Numbered from the stretch's first letter, positions 7,313-16,628 are shown. The stretch is DNA of 28,995 nucleotides from an uncultured Burkholderiaceae bacterium (GCA_964388005.1 CAYLZU010000004.1:1-28995); one strand, 5' to 3'. The notes: generated by a model not told the origin, from the letters alone. Program-made: numbers and translations.

Positions 7313-8080
7313 TTAAAGCCTCTCGATCAGGGTGAACTTCTGGCGGTAGATCTGCGGCAGGCGGTGAAAGAGCGGCTCGTTCGCCTGCAGCTGGCCAAAG
7401 ACGGCCTGCTCGGACAGGTACGAACCGTCGATGTCGGGAATCCCGAGCACGTCGCCCGTGATGCCCTGCTCCCAGCCAAGCCGGAAGGCGTTGCCGTACA
7501 TCTCGGCCTCGGCCATGTAGTCGAGCACGAACATCAGGCCGCGGCGCTTGGGGCGCTGGTCGGCGTAGGTCTGCCCGCCGTAGGAGCGCCCGATGACGGA
7601 GGCATCCAGCACCACCGGCGCCCAGTCGAAGAGCTGCGGCTCCGAGGTCTGCCACGACGGTCCGAGGAACACGCGCCCGACCTCGAGATAGCCGCCGGGC
7701 GCCGCGGCGTCATCGAGGTCGATGCGCCAGTAGCGCGCCGTGGCGGCGGTGAACGCCTTGTAGATCGCGCCGTAGCCGGCCTTCGCGCCGCCCGTGAGGA
7801 CGCCGGTGTCGCGCAGCAGGCTCCCGACCACGGTGGGGTCCGTGTCGGATGCCCGCACGCGCACCGTGCCCGTGGGCGTGAGGTTGACCCCGAGCAGCGC
7901 CACGATGTCGCAGGCGACCGATGCGCCCATGTCGAGGATCAGGTACGCCGCGGTATCGCCGTCGGTGCGCCACTTGCGCCCCACGTGCTCGACCTGCACG
8001 TGGCTCGCCGGCAACGAGCTGATCTCCGAGTCCGTGGAGATCGCCGCGCCGTCGGCGCGGTTTTCCCAGGCGATTTTCAT
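7313..8080 (-). CDS. Tail-tip protein (distal-tail-like, with a jelly-roll-like N-terminal part)
   Basis: 255 aa between the hub-like gene and the fibre. YLILDMG...ARYWRIDL...YLEVGRVFLG resembles galactose-binding-like domains. Confidence 0.65.
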   Translation of the reverse strand: MKIAWENRADGAAISTDSEISSLPASHVQVEHVGRKWRTDGDTAAYLILDMGASVACDIVALLGVNLTPTGTVRVRASDTDPTVVGSLLRDTGVLTGGAKAGYGAIYKAFTAATARYWRIDLDDAAAPGGYLEVGRVFLGPSWQTSEPQLFDWAPVVLDASVIGRSYGGQTYADQRPKRRGLMFVLDYMAEAEMYGNAFRLGWEQGITGDVLGIPDIDGSYLSEQAVFGQLQANEPLFHRLPQIYRQKFTLIERL

Positions 8081-8087
8081 GGCCCGC

Positions 8088-9782
8088 TCACGTCAGCACC
8101 AGCAGTTCGGTCCTCGTGCCCTCGGCGCGGTGTCCGACCACGCGCCCGACCACGCCATCGGTGAGCCCGAAGCGCGGATGGCTGAAGATGCCCACATCGC
8201 CCAGCTCGCGTGCGAGGCCGATCGCGAACATGCCCACGCGGTAGAGGGTCCGGCGCGCGCCCCACAGCGCCATCAGGCGGTCGCGCTCGACCTGGGCGTC
8301 GGCTTCCTCGGCGTAGAGCGCCTCGATCGGCCCCAGCGCCTGCGCGAGCAGGTGCCGGCTCTGCGTGCTCACGCTCTCGGTGGTGGACACGCGCAGCGCC
8401 TCCGCGCAGAACGTCCGGCGCGCGGCGGTGACCGAGGCGGCGAGGTCGGTCTGCACCGCGTAGTTGCGCTGCCAGCCCACGCCCACGCGCCAGACGATCG
8501 GCTCCACCGAGGCCGGCAGGTGCTCGATCTCCACCGAGCGGATGTCGATGCTGTCCACGCTGAAGCTCGACATCGCCCCGGCGGGCGAGGCCACCAGCCC
8601 CACGTTGAACAATCCCGAGCGGTCGAACCCGCCGAAGGCGCCCACGCCGTAGAGCAGCTCGTCGATCGCCTGCCCGCAGCTCACCGCGCCGGTGCCGTAC
8701 CACACGCCCACCGGGGCGGGCGCGGCGCTGGCGAGGTTGGACAGCGACGTGGTGTCGATCTCATCGGCCGCGAGCGCGCAGCGCAGCGCGAGGATGCGCA
8801 GCACGATGTCGGCGGTGTTCGCCGAGTAGCTCGGGCTTGCCTCGCCTTTCACGTCGGCGGTGCACAGCCCCGCGGGCGTCGCGCCCAGCCGGTAATAGCC
8901 GCCGCCCTTCCACACCCGGTAGGAGCCTGCCGCCGGCGCCACCGTGTTGAGTTCCGAGGCGTCGGCATAGTCCGCACCCTTGGTGAGCGCGACACCCCGG
9001 TCGTAGACCGCGGGCACGTCCTCGATCGCGCCGTCGTGCACCTGGTAGATGAGCGTGGCCGAGTCCACCAGCGGCGCGGGCACGTTGAGGCACACCCCGA
9101 GCGCGACGGGCTTGTTCTTGCCCTTGAGATCGTCGCCGCCTTCGAGCCCCCCGGAGCCGGCGTAGAGCGTCTCGTTCAGCAAGCGTCGCAGCTTGGCCGA
9201 GCCGTCCGAGAGCGTGATCCTGACCTCGCTCTCGGAGAGCTCCACGGCCTTCGCGATGCCGACGAAGAACTCGCCGAACGTGGAGCGCGCGGCCGTGGCA
9301 TCGCCGATCAGGATGCGCGCGCGCCGGCCCTCGATGGCATAGTCGCGCTTGAGGAAATCCAGCGCGCCGTCTTCGTTGCGCAGCGCGATCTCGGCGAACA
9401 CCTCGGTCAGGCCGCCCACGCCGTCGCGCCCCGAGATCCGGCGCTCGGCCACCGGCACGTCCGCGATGCGCCCCTCGTAAGGCGTATGCGCGGGTGAGTC
9501 CGCGGCGCTGGTCGTGTACTCCTGCGAACCGAAGCGCAGCGTGCGCACGCCGCCCGCGGCGGGCGCGGCGTTCTCCGAGATCGCCACCTCGGAGATCCCC
9601 GAATCCGAGATCGCCGCCGACACCCCGCCCGCGGAGGCGAGCGAGAAGGCATCGAGCTCGAGCAGGTAGCAGCGCGGGGCGGTCGCGCGCGCAAGGAACG
9701 CGAGGAACGCCGGGTCGTCACCCACCGGGGTGAACTCGTGCTCCGAGATCCCGAACTCGCCGATCGCGCCGCCGCTGATCAT
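8088..9782 (-). CDS. Tail-tip / baseplate-hub-like protein (564 aa)
   Basis: Directly downstream of the tape measure gene (ATGA overlap); KGKNKPVALGVCLNVPAP...YQVHDG resembles phage tail proteins. Confidence 0.7.
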   Translation of the reverse strand: MISGGAIGEFGISEHEFTPVGDDPAFLAFLARATAPRCYLLELDAFSLASAGGVSAAISDSGISEVAISENAAPAAGGVRTLRFGSQEYTTSAADSPAHTPYEGRIADVPVAERRISGRDGVGGLTEVFAEIALRNEDGALDFLKRDYAIEGRRARILIGDATAARSTFGEFFVGIAKAVELSESEVRITLSDGSAKLRRLLNETLYAGSGGLEGGDDLKGKNKPVALGVCLNVPAPLVDSATLIYQVHDGAIEDVPAVYDRGVALTKGADYADASELNTVAPAAGSYRVWKGGGYYRLGATPAGLCTADVKGEASPSYSANTADIVLRILALRCALAADEIDTTSLSNLASAAPAPVGVWYGTGAVSCGQAIDELLYGVGAFGGFDRSGLFNVGLVASPAGAMSSFSVDSIDIRSVEIEHLPASVEPIVWRVGVGWQRNYAVQTDLAASVTAARRTFCAEALRVSTTESVSTQSRHLLAQALGPIEALYAEEADAQVERDRLMALWGARRTLYRVGMFAIGLARELGDVGIFSHPRFGLTDGVVGRVVGHRAEGTRTELLVLT

Positions 9783-12700
9783 GCCGGCGCCCCGCCGAAG
9801 GACTCACTGCCGCCCATCTGGCGCAGGCCGCTGTTCAGGCGCTCGAGGCCAGCCTTCAGATCTTCGCGCAGCGCTTTCAACTGCATGACCATATCCTGGT
9901 TCGCCTCACGCAGCGCCGCCGGCATCTCGGCCAGCACCGCCTCCTGCGCCGAGGCCTGCTGGTCGAGCACGCGCGCGAGGTCGCTGTTGACCCGCTCGAA
10001 CAGGCTCTGGAACTGCGGCCCCGATGCGTAGTAGTCGCGCCCAGCGCCGAGCAGCCCCTGCGCAAGACCGGGCAGCGCAGCCGAAGCCCCGGCATCGCCC
10101 GTGCCCGCCAGCGCGAGCGCGTTCTCGTACATCGTGCGCGCGCCAGCGAGGCGCCGCTCGGGCGAGAGGTACTCGCTCACGCTCATGCTGCCGACGTAGC
10201 CGGCGATTCCCGAGGCGAGCGCACCGCCCCCCGTGGCGGCGAGCTTCGACTGCCAGGTGGCCACGTTCACCTGCGCAGCCTGCGCCGCCGGCGCGAGGTA
10301 TTCCTGGAACTTCGGCAGCAGGCTCTCGCCAGTGCCGCCGCGCTCCCCCTGCAGGGTCTTCCCCGTGAGCGAGCGCAGGACATCGGGGTCGTATTGCAGC
10401 GGATCGTTCAGCGCCGCGTTGAGCGCCTGGAAGGTCGCGTTGTTCTCGACGACCTGGTTGACGCCGGCCACGTCCGAGAGATCGGCCCAGAACCTGCCCT
10501 GCTCGTCCATCTGCAGCACGATTTTGGCGTGGGGCGGTTTTTTCTTTTTCTTGCCGAACATGCCGCCGATCACGCCGCCGAGGAACGATCCCGCGACCGT
10601 CCCGATCGGCCCGAAGGCGCTGCCGGCGATGCCGCCGATGGCCGAGCCGATCCCGCCGGCGACGTTGCCCTGCAGCGCCTGGATCGCGCCGCCAATGAGC
10701 GGCCCGGCGAAACTCAGGCCCGACGCCAGGCCCTGGCCAGCAACCCCCAGTCCGCCGATGCCCAGCGCCGCCGCCTCCTCGGCCAGGCCCCACGTCGCGG
10801 CGCCGGTAAGGCCGAGCGCGCTGTTGATTGCGTAGTTGACGGACCCGCCAGAGCCCAGGAGCGTGTTGCCCAGCGAAGACAGATCGTAAAAGGATGGCAT
10901 CAGGTCGGCGAGCCCGCCGCCGCCGCGCAGTCCGCCGCCGCCACCGGTCCCGCCGCCACCGAGCAGTCCGCCGCCGGTGGCCGCCTGCGCGGAGACACCG
11001 AACGCACCCAGCACTCCACCGGCGGCCGTTTGCGCGATCGGCTGGATGATCGGCCGCAGCACGAGGGTCTTGAACATGTTGACCAGGGCGTCCTTGAAGC
11101 TCTGCGCCCAACCCTTGCCGCCCTCGAAGCCGCGCATCAGCGCGTCCGTCAGCGAGCGCTCGATCACGTCCGAGGTCCGCTCGAACTCGTCCTCCCAGGC
11201 TTTGGCGGCATCCTTCGCGGCTTCCGCGGCCTTCTCGCGCGCGACCTTGGTGTCGATCAGCACGCCCAGGCGCGCCTTCTCGGCCGCCGCCCGCTCGTAG
11301 AGCGCGTCTATCGTCTCGGGCGTGGCCTGGACCATCGCCTTCTCCAGGGCCAGGTCGATCTTGCGGAACTCGATCGCCTTCTCGCGTTCGGCGGCCGAAG
11401 CGCCGACGAGCGAGGTCTCCAGCTCGAGCTCCTGCGCGTGCGCCGACATGGTGCTGTTGAGATTGGCGAGAATCTCGTCCTGCTTCTCCTGCTGCTCCAC
11501 CTGGCGCTGCGCCTGCTCGACGAGGAGCCTGGTCTCCTCGGCCTGCGCCTTGGTGAGCTCCTTCGCGAAGGACTGCTTCTCGATCAGCCGGGCGACCGCT
11601 TCGCTGTATTGATCCAGCGTGATCCGGCCCGAGGTGTAGCCCGCGTGGAGCGTCTGCAGGTCCTGGTAGAAATCCTTGGACACGCCCGCGCTTTCGTTGA
11701 GCAGGTCGCCCAGCGACTTGCTCTTGGCCTTCTTGTCGTCGGGGCCGGAGCCCAGAAGCTGCTTCAGCCTTGCCTCGAGAGCAACGTCCGTCCCAACGCG
11801 CCCTCGTTCGTCCACCCCTCCCGGCAACACGCGCCCACGTTGTTGAGAGCGCGTTACCTGGTCGTCATATTTTCCGGCCATGGCATCCAGGAGGTTCTGG
11901 GTGAGACGCAGCTGCGCATTCGCCCTCAGAAACGAGCCCTCGATCATGTTGCCGGCGGTGACGACACCAGACAGCAGGTCCTGCTTGCGCAAAGCGTCGA
12001 TGTGCGCGCCCAGCTTCGCGACTTCCTCCTGAGCCCTGCGCAGGTTTGCCGTTAGCTTTTTCGTCTCGCTGTCGTTCAGGCCAAGCGCCTCCGCGGCGAC
12101 GCCGCCCATCGCAATCCATACCGCCTTGAGGACTCCTGAGTCCTGGGCGGCCTCCTTCATCGCCTGGGTGATGCGGACCATCGCGGGCGAGAGCTCGTTC
12201 AGAATGGCGATCGCGGCGCCCTCGCCGGATTTCTTCACGGCTGCAAGATTGTCGTTGAACGCCTCGGCCGCCTTCGCCGTCTCGGTGCTCATCGTCAGCC
12301 CAAGGCGCTGTGCTTCTTCCTTCAGAGCGCGGATCCCGGCCTCGCCCATATTCAGCATGGGGATCATGTCCATGCCGGCCTTGCCGAAGATCTCCACCGC
12401 CAGCGCTGCCTTGGTGGTGCCGTCCGGGAGCTGTGCAAACGTCCTTGCGATCGCCTCGATCGCCGGCGTTGCCCCAGCGTTGATATCCACGCCGAGGGCC
12501 TTCATCAGCTGACCGGCCTTGCTCGTGGAGTCCACCGCCTCCGTCATCCGCTGCGACAGTCCCTTGACGCCTTTGGATAGCGCCTCGGTGGACACACCGG
12601 ACAGGCCGGCCGCGTACTGAAGCTGCGACAACTCTCCGGTCGCGATGCCGGTTTTCTGCGAAAGCTTGGACAGTGCGTCGGCCGAGTCGATCACGCTCTG

Positions 12701-12886
12701 AGCGAAACGCCCCACGCCGTACACGCTAAAGCCGACCCCGAGCGCGCCGAGCGCCGTCTTCGCGACGTTGACCGAGCGCGAGATGTCGCCCATCGCGGAC
12801 GCGACGACGCCCTTGGCATCCTGCATGTCCTTCTGCAGGCGCGCGACGTTCGCGGCGATGTCAACGACAAGTACCCCGGCCCGCAC
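9779..12886 (-). CDS. Tail tape measure protein (1035 aa)
   Basis: Long Ala/Gly-rich helical protein after the chaperone genes; GGAGG RBS before GTG 12886; typical N-terminus SADALSKLSQKTGIATGELSQLQYAA. Confidence 0.93.
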   Translation of the reverse strand: MRAGVLVVDIAANVARLQKDMQDAKGVVASAMGDISRSVNVAKTALGALGVGFSVYGVGRFAQSVIDSADALSKLSQKTGIATGELSQLQYAAGLSGVSTEALSKGVKGLSQRMTEAVDSTSKAGQLMKALGVDINAGATPAIEAIARTFAQLPDGTTKAALAVEIFGKAGMDMIPMLNMGEAGIRALKEEAQRLGLTMSTETAKAAEAFNDNLAAVKKSGEGAAIAILNELSPAMVRITQAMKEAAQDSGVLKAVWIAMGGVAAEALGLNDSETKKLTANLRRAQEEVAKLGAHIDALRKQDLLSGVVTAGNMIEGSFLRANAQLRLTQNLLDAMAGKYDDQVTRSQQRGRVLPGGVDERGRVGTDVALEARLKQLLGSGPDDKKAKSKSLGDLLNESAGVSKDFYQDLQTLHAGYTSGRITLDQYSEAVARLIEKQSFAKELTKAQAEETRLLVEQAQRQVEQQEKQDEILANLNSTMSAHAQELELETSLVGASAAEREKAIEFRKIDLALEKAMVQATPETIDALYERAAAEKARLGVLIDTKVAREKAAEAAKDAAKAWEDEFERTSDVIERSLTDALMRGFEGGKGWAQSFKDALVNMFKTLVLRPIIQPIAQTAAGGVLGAFGVSAQAATGGGLLGGGGTGGGGGLRGGGGLADLMPSFYDLSSLGNTLLGSGGSVNYAINSALGLTGAATWGLAEEAAALGIGGLGVAGQGLASGLSFAGPLIGGAIQALQGNVAGGIGSAIGGIAGSAFGPIGTVAGSFLGGVIGGMFGKKKKKPPHAKIVLQMDEQGRFWADLSDVAGVNQVVENNATFQALNAALNDPLQYDPDVLRSLTGKTLQGERGGTGESLLPKFQEYLAPAAQAAQVNVATWQSKLAATGGGALASGIAGYVGSMSVSEYLSPERRLAGARTMYENALALAGTGDAGASAALPGLAQGLLGAGRDYYASGPQFQSLFERVNSDLARVLDQQASAQEAVLAEMPAALREANQDMVMQLKALREDLKAGLERLNSGLRQMGGSESFGGAPA

Positions 12887-12899
12887 GATTTAAACCCTC

Positions 12900-12929
12900 C
12901 AAAAGAAAAGGGGCGCACGCGCGCCCCTT
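12900..12929 (-). terminator. Intrinsic terminator after the GIY-YIG gene
   Basis: On minus it reads AAGGGGCGC-GCGT-GCGCCCCTT followed by TTCTTTT. Confidence 0.8.
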
Positions 12930-12952
12930 CTATAGATAACTGGTTGCTGTTT

Positions 12953-13816
12953 TTACTGCGTGGTCTGCTTGCTTCCCATTCCGCGCCGCGTCTTCCAGGA
13001 ACCGGACCGCATTCGCGCCGACCACTCCGGTCGCTTGATGCCGCGAAGGGATGCTCCAATAGCTTCGCGATGCGCAGCCGTTAGAGTTCTGCCCTTAAGA
13101 GTTTGCGCAATTCGATCCTTCTTCCATTGTGGAACCTCACGGCCCCTCTGGGACGCGCTAATCTTAGCTACGATTTCCGCTCGCCTTTCGGTCGACAGAG
13201 ATTTCCACCACGCGCGGCGCTTCACACCTACGGACGGACGTTTTTGTCCGAGCTGTGACAAGCCAATGCGTTCGCGCTGCGCGGCCCCCAGTACGCGGCC
13301 GGTCATTGCCTTACTGCGAGCGGAGCGCTGCTCCATAGTGACGTTGGCGGTCCCGTTCGCCCGCCGTGTAGCCCACGTCTTAGCAATTGATTCAGGCGAC
13401 ATCTTTCGTCCCCGCAACGCTGCCGCCACCTTCGCACGATGTTCTGGCGTCAACTTGCGCCCACGAGGAGCGCCCATCCGGGCGCGCACCTCTGGAGCAA
13501 ATCGAACTCCAAACTGACTTCCCGCGCGAGGCGCAATGTTGTAGCCAGCACGGTCGTCAAGCGCAGCCCCGGTCAGGTCGAGCCAGTGTTGCTCGCGAGC
13601 TATTAGATCGGCTGCGTCATCCACGCGCTCGACGACTTCAAAAACAAACGCCCCTGCGCCGTATTTGTTCCATGCGTTCTGCAGTTTCGGATTTCGATGA
13701 GTCCCGCGCGTCAAATCACGCTTGTGACCTCCCCAACGATCCGCGATGTCTACTGCGCTTCCAACGTACACCCTGCCGCTCGCCCTGTGCCGGATGATGT
13801 AGATACCGGATTTCAT
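12953..13816 (-). CDS. Free-standing GIY-YIG homing endonuclease with NUMOD3-like repeats
   Basis: SGIYIIRHRASGRVYVGSAVDIADRW..H...L matches the GIY-YIG motif. The C-terminal repeats (HRAKVAAALRGRK, KIAQTLKGR, HREAIGASLRG) are NUMOD3-like, and the gene is visibly more AT-rich than its flanks. Confidence 0.92.
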   Translation of the reverse strand: MKSGIYIIRHRASGRVYVGSAVDIADRWGGHKRDLTRGTHRNPKLQNAWNKYGAGAFVFEVVERVDDAADLIAREQHWLDLTGAALDDRAGYNIAPRAGSQFGVRFAPEVRARMGAPRGRKLTPEHRAKVAAALRGRKMSPESIAKTWATRRANGTANVTMEQRSARSKAMTGRVLGAAQRERIGLSQLGQKRPSVGVKRRAWWKSLSTERRAEIVAKISASQRGREVPQWKKDRIAQTLKGRTLTAAHREAIGASLRGIKRPEWSARMRSGSWKTRRGMGSKQTTQ

Positions 13817-13824
13817 AGCACAGG

Positions 13825-13852
13825 ATTCTACTGCGGCGGCACGCATCGTCTA
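13825..13852 (-). promoter_or_regulatory. Putative sigma70-like promoter for the endonuclease gene
   Basis: On minus: TAGACG (13852-13847), a 16-nt spacer and TAGAAT (13830-13825), then 8 nt to ATG 13816 with no Shine-Dalgarno. Confidence 0.45.
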
Positions 13853-14197
13853 GTGCTTCTTCGTCCTCTTGGCGAGCGCGGCAAGGGCCGCGGATTCGAG
13901 AATGCGGAGCTTCTGAAAAAGCGCGGGCGTGCACTCCACGCCGGCGAGCTCGAGCCCGGCGCGCACGCGCGTGTAGTCAAGGCCCGTCGGGCCGTTCATG
14001 CCGAGCGACCATTGCGTCTGCACGGCGAGGAACGCCTGCAGGGCGGGCCAGTTCTCGGGCCAGACCGGGAAGCCTTCTTCCCTGGGGCCCAGCTCGGCGT
14101 CGATCTGCGCTTCGGGTACGCCCAGCACGCGCAGATCTTCGCGTGCCTGGTCGAGTTCGGCGCCGCCGCGCGCCCAGTACGCGGCGGCCTCGCTCAG
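13850..14197 (-). CDS. Tail assembly chaperone, frameshifted C-terminal part (gpGT-like, DUF1799-like)
   Basis: The -1 frame continues from the slippery site as LSEAAAYWARGG...VWPENWPALQAFLAVQTQW...GLDYTRV. The ORF track calls it from GTG 14128. Confidence 0.85.
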   Translation of the reverse strand: MSEAAAYWARGGAELDQAREDLRVLGVPEAQIDAELGPREEGFPVWPENWPALQAFLAVQTQWSLGMNGPTGLDYTRVRAGLELAGVECTPALFQKLRILESAALAALAKRTKKH

Positions 14198-14529
14198 TTT
14201 TTTGCGGGGCCCGTCACCGCCGATTCGAGCCAGGCGCGCACGATCGCGGCCTGCACCATCGGCTCGGCCAGGAGCACGGTCCGGTTGGCGTCGGTGACTT
14301 CGAGGTCCGTTCCGTCGGGCTGCTTCACCCCGGACCAGCCGACGAACTCGCTCGCCACCACTTCGGCGTCGCCGGGCAGGCCCTTCCTGATCATCTCCTC
14401 CAGCTCAGGCCGCGAGCGGCGCTTGAACTCGGCGATGAAGTCGAAGGTCTCCCACTTGCCCGTGGCGTCGTTCGGGCGCTTGACCTCCACCCTGAAGCGG
14501 TAGGTCGGTTTTCCGCTGAGTACGAACAT
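14194..14529 (-). CDS. Tail assembly chaperone (gpG-like)
   Basis: 111 aa after the tail tube gene, ending at a slippery heptamer. Confidence 0.88.
   Translation of the reverse strand: MFVLSGKPTYRFRVEVKRPNDATGKWETFDFIAEFKRRSRPELEEMIRKGLPGDAEVVASEFVGWSGVKQPDGTDLEVTDANRTVLLAEPMVQAAIVRAWLESAVTGPAKN
14197..14203 (-). other. Programmed -1 ribosomal frameshift site A AAA AAC
   Basis: Minus strand GCA AAA AAC TGA at the end of the chaperone gene; the -1 frame is open to 13850. Confidence 0.85.
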
Positions 14530-14535
14530 GATCGG

Positions 14536-15480
14536 CTACGTGTAGACGATCGACAGTTCGTCGTTCAGCGAGTTGCTGGGCGCGAACTCCAGGGCCAAAG
14601 ACAGCGTGCGCACCCCTTTCAGCGCGCCCACCTGCGGGTCGGTGAGCCGCACCTGGTTGGCGGTGAGCGTGTGGATCGCGCCCGCCACGGTGCCGTGGAC
14701 CACCGACAGCGCCCCGGTCGCACCCGAAGTGACGATGCTGTGGAAGTCCTTCTGCGCGATTGTGGGGTGCTCCATGGTCACGCGGCCCGAGGGCTTGCGG
14801 TTGACGATCAGCACCTTGTTCGTGCCGCCGCCGGGGAGCGACAGGTACTGCAGCTCGTTGCCGAGGTCGATCTCCAGCTCCTGCAGGCCGAACGAGTAGC
14901 CGTGCAGGGAGGCCGTGGGGGTGTTGGTGCGGTTCACCGGCTTCGGCGCCTGGTGCGCGGTGAGGGTCAGGGTGGGGAGCGCCGTGTCGGTGGGCAGGGC
15001 GTAGAGCGCCATGCCGTGCAGCCGGTAGAACGGGATCTCCTCGTTGCGGTACACGAGCGACACGCTCGCCCGCAGACCCAGGAGCTTTTGCTGCATGCCG
15101 TCGATGTTGGCGTACAGCGACGCGCTCTCGTGCGCGGCGGAGATCGGCGCGTAGGTGACGCTCACCCCGGGCGATATGGTCTCCGAGAGGCCGCAGGCGC
15201 GCAGCAGCGCCCCGTAGGGCGGCGCGGTGCCGGCGGCCGCCGCGCCGGTGATTTCGACCTCGAGGTCGATCTCGGCCCACTGGTAGGCAGTCTTCGAGGC
15301 AAAGCGCCCCAGCGCGGGGATCGCGATGTCGTCGCGCGACGCGTAGTTGACGGCCTGCGGGCGCCAGCCCGCGATGCGGGCGAGCACCGCGTTCGCCGCG
15401 CCGGTGGGAGTGGAATCGGTGCCGTAGGTGCCCTCGATCTTGGCGAGAATGGCGCGTTTTTTGTCGATCGCTTCGGTCAT
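14536..15480 (-). CDS. Major tail tube protein
   Basis: 314 aa; KKRAILAKIEGTYGTDSTPT N-terminus typical of siphovirus tube proteins; lies before the chaperone and tape measure genes. Confidence 0.85.
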   Translation of the reverse strand: MTEAIDKKRAILAKIEGTYGTDSTPTGAANAVLARIAGWRPQAVNYASRDDIAIPALGRFASKTAYQWAEIDLEVEITGAAAAGTAPPYGALLRACGLSETISPGVSVTYAPISAAHESASLYANIDGMQQKLLGLRASVSLVYRNEEIPFYRLHGMALYALPTDTALPTLTLTAHQAPKPVNRTNTPTASLHGYSFGLQELEIDLGNELQYLSLPGGGTNKVLIVNRKPSGRVTMEHPTIAQKDFHSIVTSGATGALSVVHGTVAGAIHTLTANQVRLTDPQVGALKGVRTLSLALEFAPSNSLNDELSIVYT

Positions 15481-15486
15481 GGGTCG

Positions 15487-15678
15487 TTACTCCTTCTTCG
15501 ATTTCCGGACGGAGTCGGCCGCCGTTCCCGTGTTCGCCTGGCCGCCTTCGGCCGCCGCGGGCAACGCGTTTTCCTGTACGCGCGTGCGCGTCTTCGTTTT
15601 CGGGTCGTAGACGAACGACCCGCCCTGCCCCTCGAACTCGTCGCCCTGCCAGGGCAGAGCCTTGTCTTTGCCTTCCAT
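15487..15678 (-). CDS. Small hypothetical virion-module protein (63 aa)
   Basis: AAGGAG RBS; GQGGSFVYDPKTKTRTRV motif; lies between the tail terminator and tube genes. Confidence 0.65.
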   Translation of the reverse strand: MEGKDKALPWQGDEFEGQGGSFVYDPKTKTRTRVQENALPAAAEGGQANTGTAADSVRKSKKE

Positions 15679-15691
15679 GCGCGCTGCTCCT

Positions 15692-16105
15692 TCAGTTGTG
15701 GAAAAACTCGAACGCGATGCCCTGCGTGTAGCAGCCGAGCTCGTGGTCGTAGTCGGCGGCCTGGTCGGCCTCGTCCGATTCGATGTCGTCGATCTTGTGG
15801 GCGGTGGCGCCCACCACCGCACCGCCCGAGTGGTAGCGCGCAAAACAGCTGCGCAGCTGCTCCACCACCAGCCCCGCCTCGCGCGCCGTGGCCGCGCGCA
15901 CGAGGAAGTCGAACACCGTGTAGCCCCAGCCGGTGTCTAGCCAGATGCCGCTGATCGGGCGAAAGGGCTCCTTCACCCACTCCACGTCGGGCAGCACACG
16001 CACCTGCGCGCCGCTCGGGTAGATCCGGCAGTTGTCGCCCGCGCCGACGAGCCCGGTGAGGCCGCCGTGCGCCTTGGCGATCGTATACATCGCGTCTTCG
16101 ATCAC
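15692..16105 (-). CDS. Tail terminator / completion protein (DUF3168-like)
   Basis: 137 aa with RIYP and an acidic C-terminus, in the canonical position after the gp10-like gene. Confidence 0.7.
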   Translation of the reverse strand: MIEDAMYTIAKAHGGLTGLVGAGDNCRIYPSGAQVRVLPDVEWVKEPFRPISGIWLDTGWGYTVFDFLVRAATAREAGLVVEQLRSCFARYHSGGAVVGATAHKIDDIESDEADQAADYDHELGCYTQGIAFEFFHN

Positions 16106-16112
16106 CGTGGCC

Positions 16113-16628
16113 TCACAGGTACCGGTCCGAGCCGCCGCCCATGGCCTCGATCTCGGTGGCGAGCGCTTCCTGCATCTGGATGAGCGCGAACTGCGCGCCT
16201 TCTTCCAGCGCGGGGCCGAGGTAGGGCTTCGCCTCGGCGCCCGGGTGCTCGACCTGCTCGGCGAACAACCCGGCGAGGAAGAGCGACTTCTTGCCCTTGG
16301 GCCGGATCTCGTGCCGGCGCGTGCCGCCCTCCACCATCCAGGCGTAGAACGGGTCGTCCTTCTTCACGCGCCGCCCGGCGATGATGCGCGCGACGAGCTT
16401 GCCGCCGCGGCGCACCACGGTGACGCGGATCGAGGCGCGCAGCTTGCCGCTTTTCACCGGCACCTGGCTGCGCGCGAGGTCGCGGATCACCCGGCCCGCG
16501 GCGCGCAGCGACTTGGCCAGGGCTTTGCGCTGCACCTTCTCCGGAAACTGGTCGAGCGAGAGCGCGAGCTCGCGCATCCCGGTAATGACGATCCTGTCCG
16601 GCGCGGTGCCCGCGACATCCAGGCTCAC
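16113..16628 (-). CDS. HK97 gp10-like neck/tail-completion protein
   Basis: Motifs VPVKSGKLRASI, YAWMVEGGT, HPGAEAKPYLGPA. Confidence 0.88.
   Translation of the reverse strand: MSLDVAGTAPDRIVITGMRELALSLDQFPEKVQRKALAKSLRAAGRVIRDLARSQVPVKSGKLRASIRVTVVRRGGKLVARIIAGRRVKKDDPFYAWMVEGGTRRHEIRPKGKKSLFLAGLFAEQVEHPGAEAKPYLGPALEEGAQFALIQMQEALATEIEAMGGGSDRYL

Noticed and set aside
7312-7317. TTTAAA as another copy of the GTTTAAAC motif
   Set aside because: It is explained by the abutting TAA stop and ATG start, and the flanks do not match.
10536-10553. A-rich KKKKK tract in the tape measure gene as a frameshift site
   Set aside because: No in-frame X XXY YYZ heptamer; a simple poly-Lys explains it.
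12953-13816. Group I intron around the GIY-YIG ORF
   Set aside because: The flanking genes are complete and the flanks (about 35 and 65 nt) are too short for an intron core.
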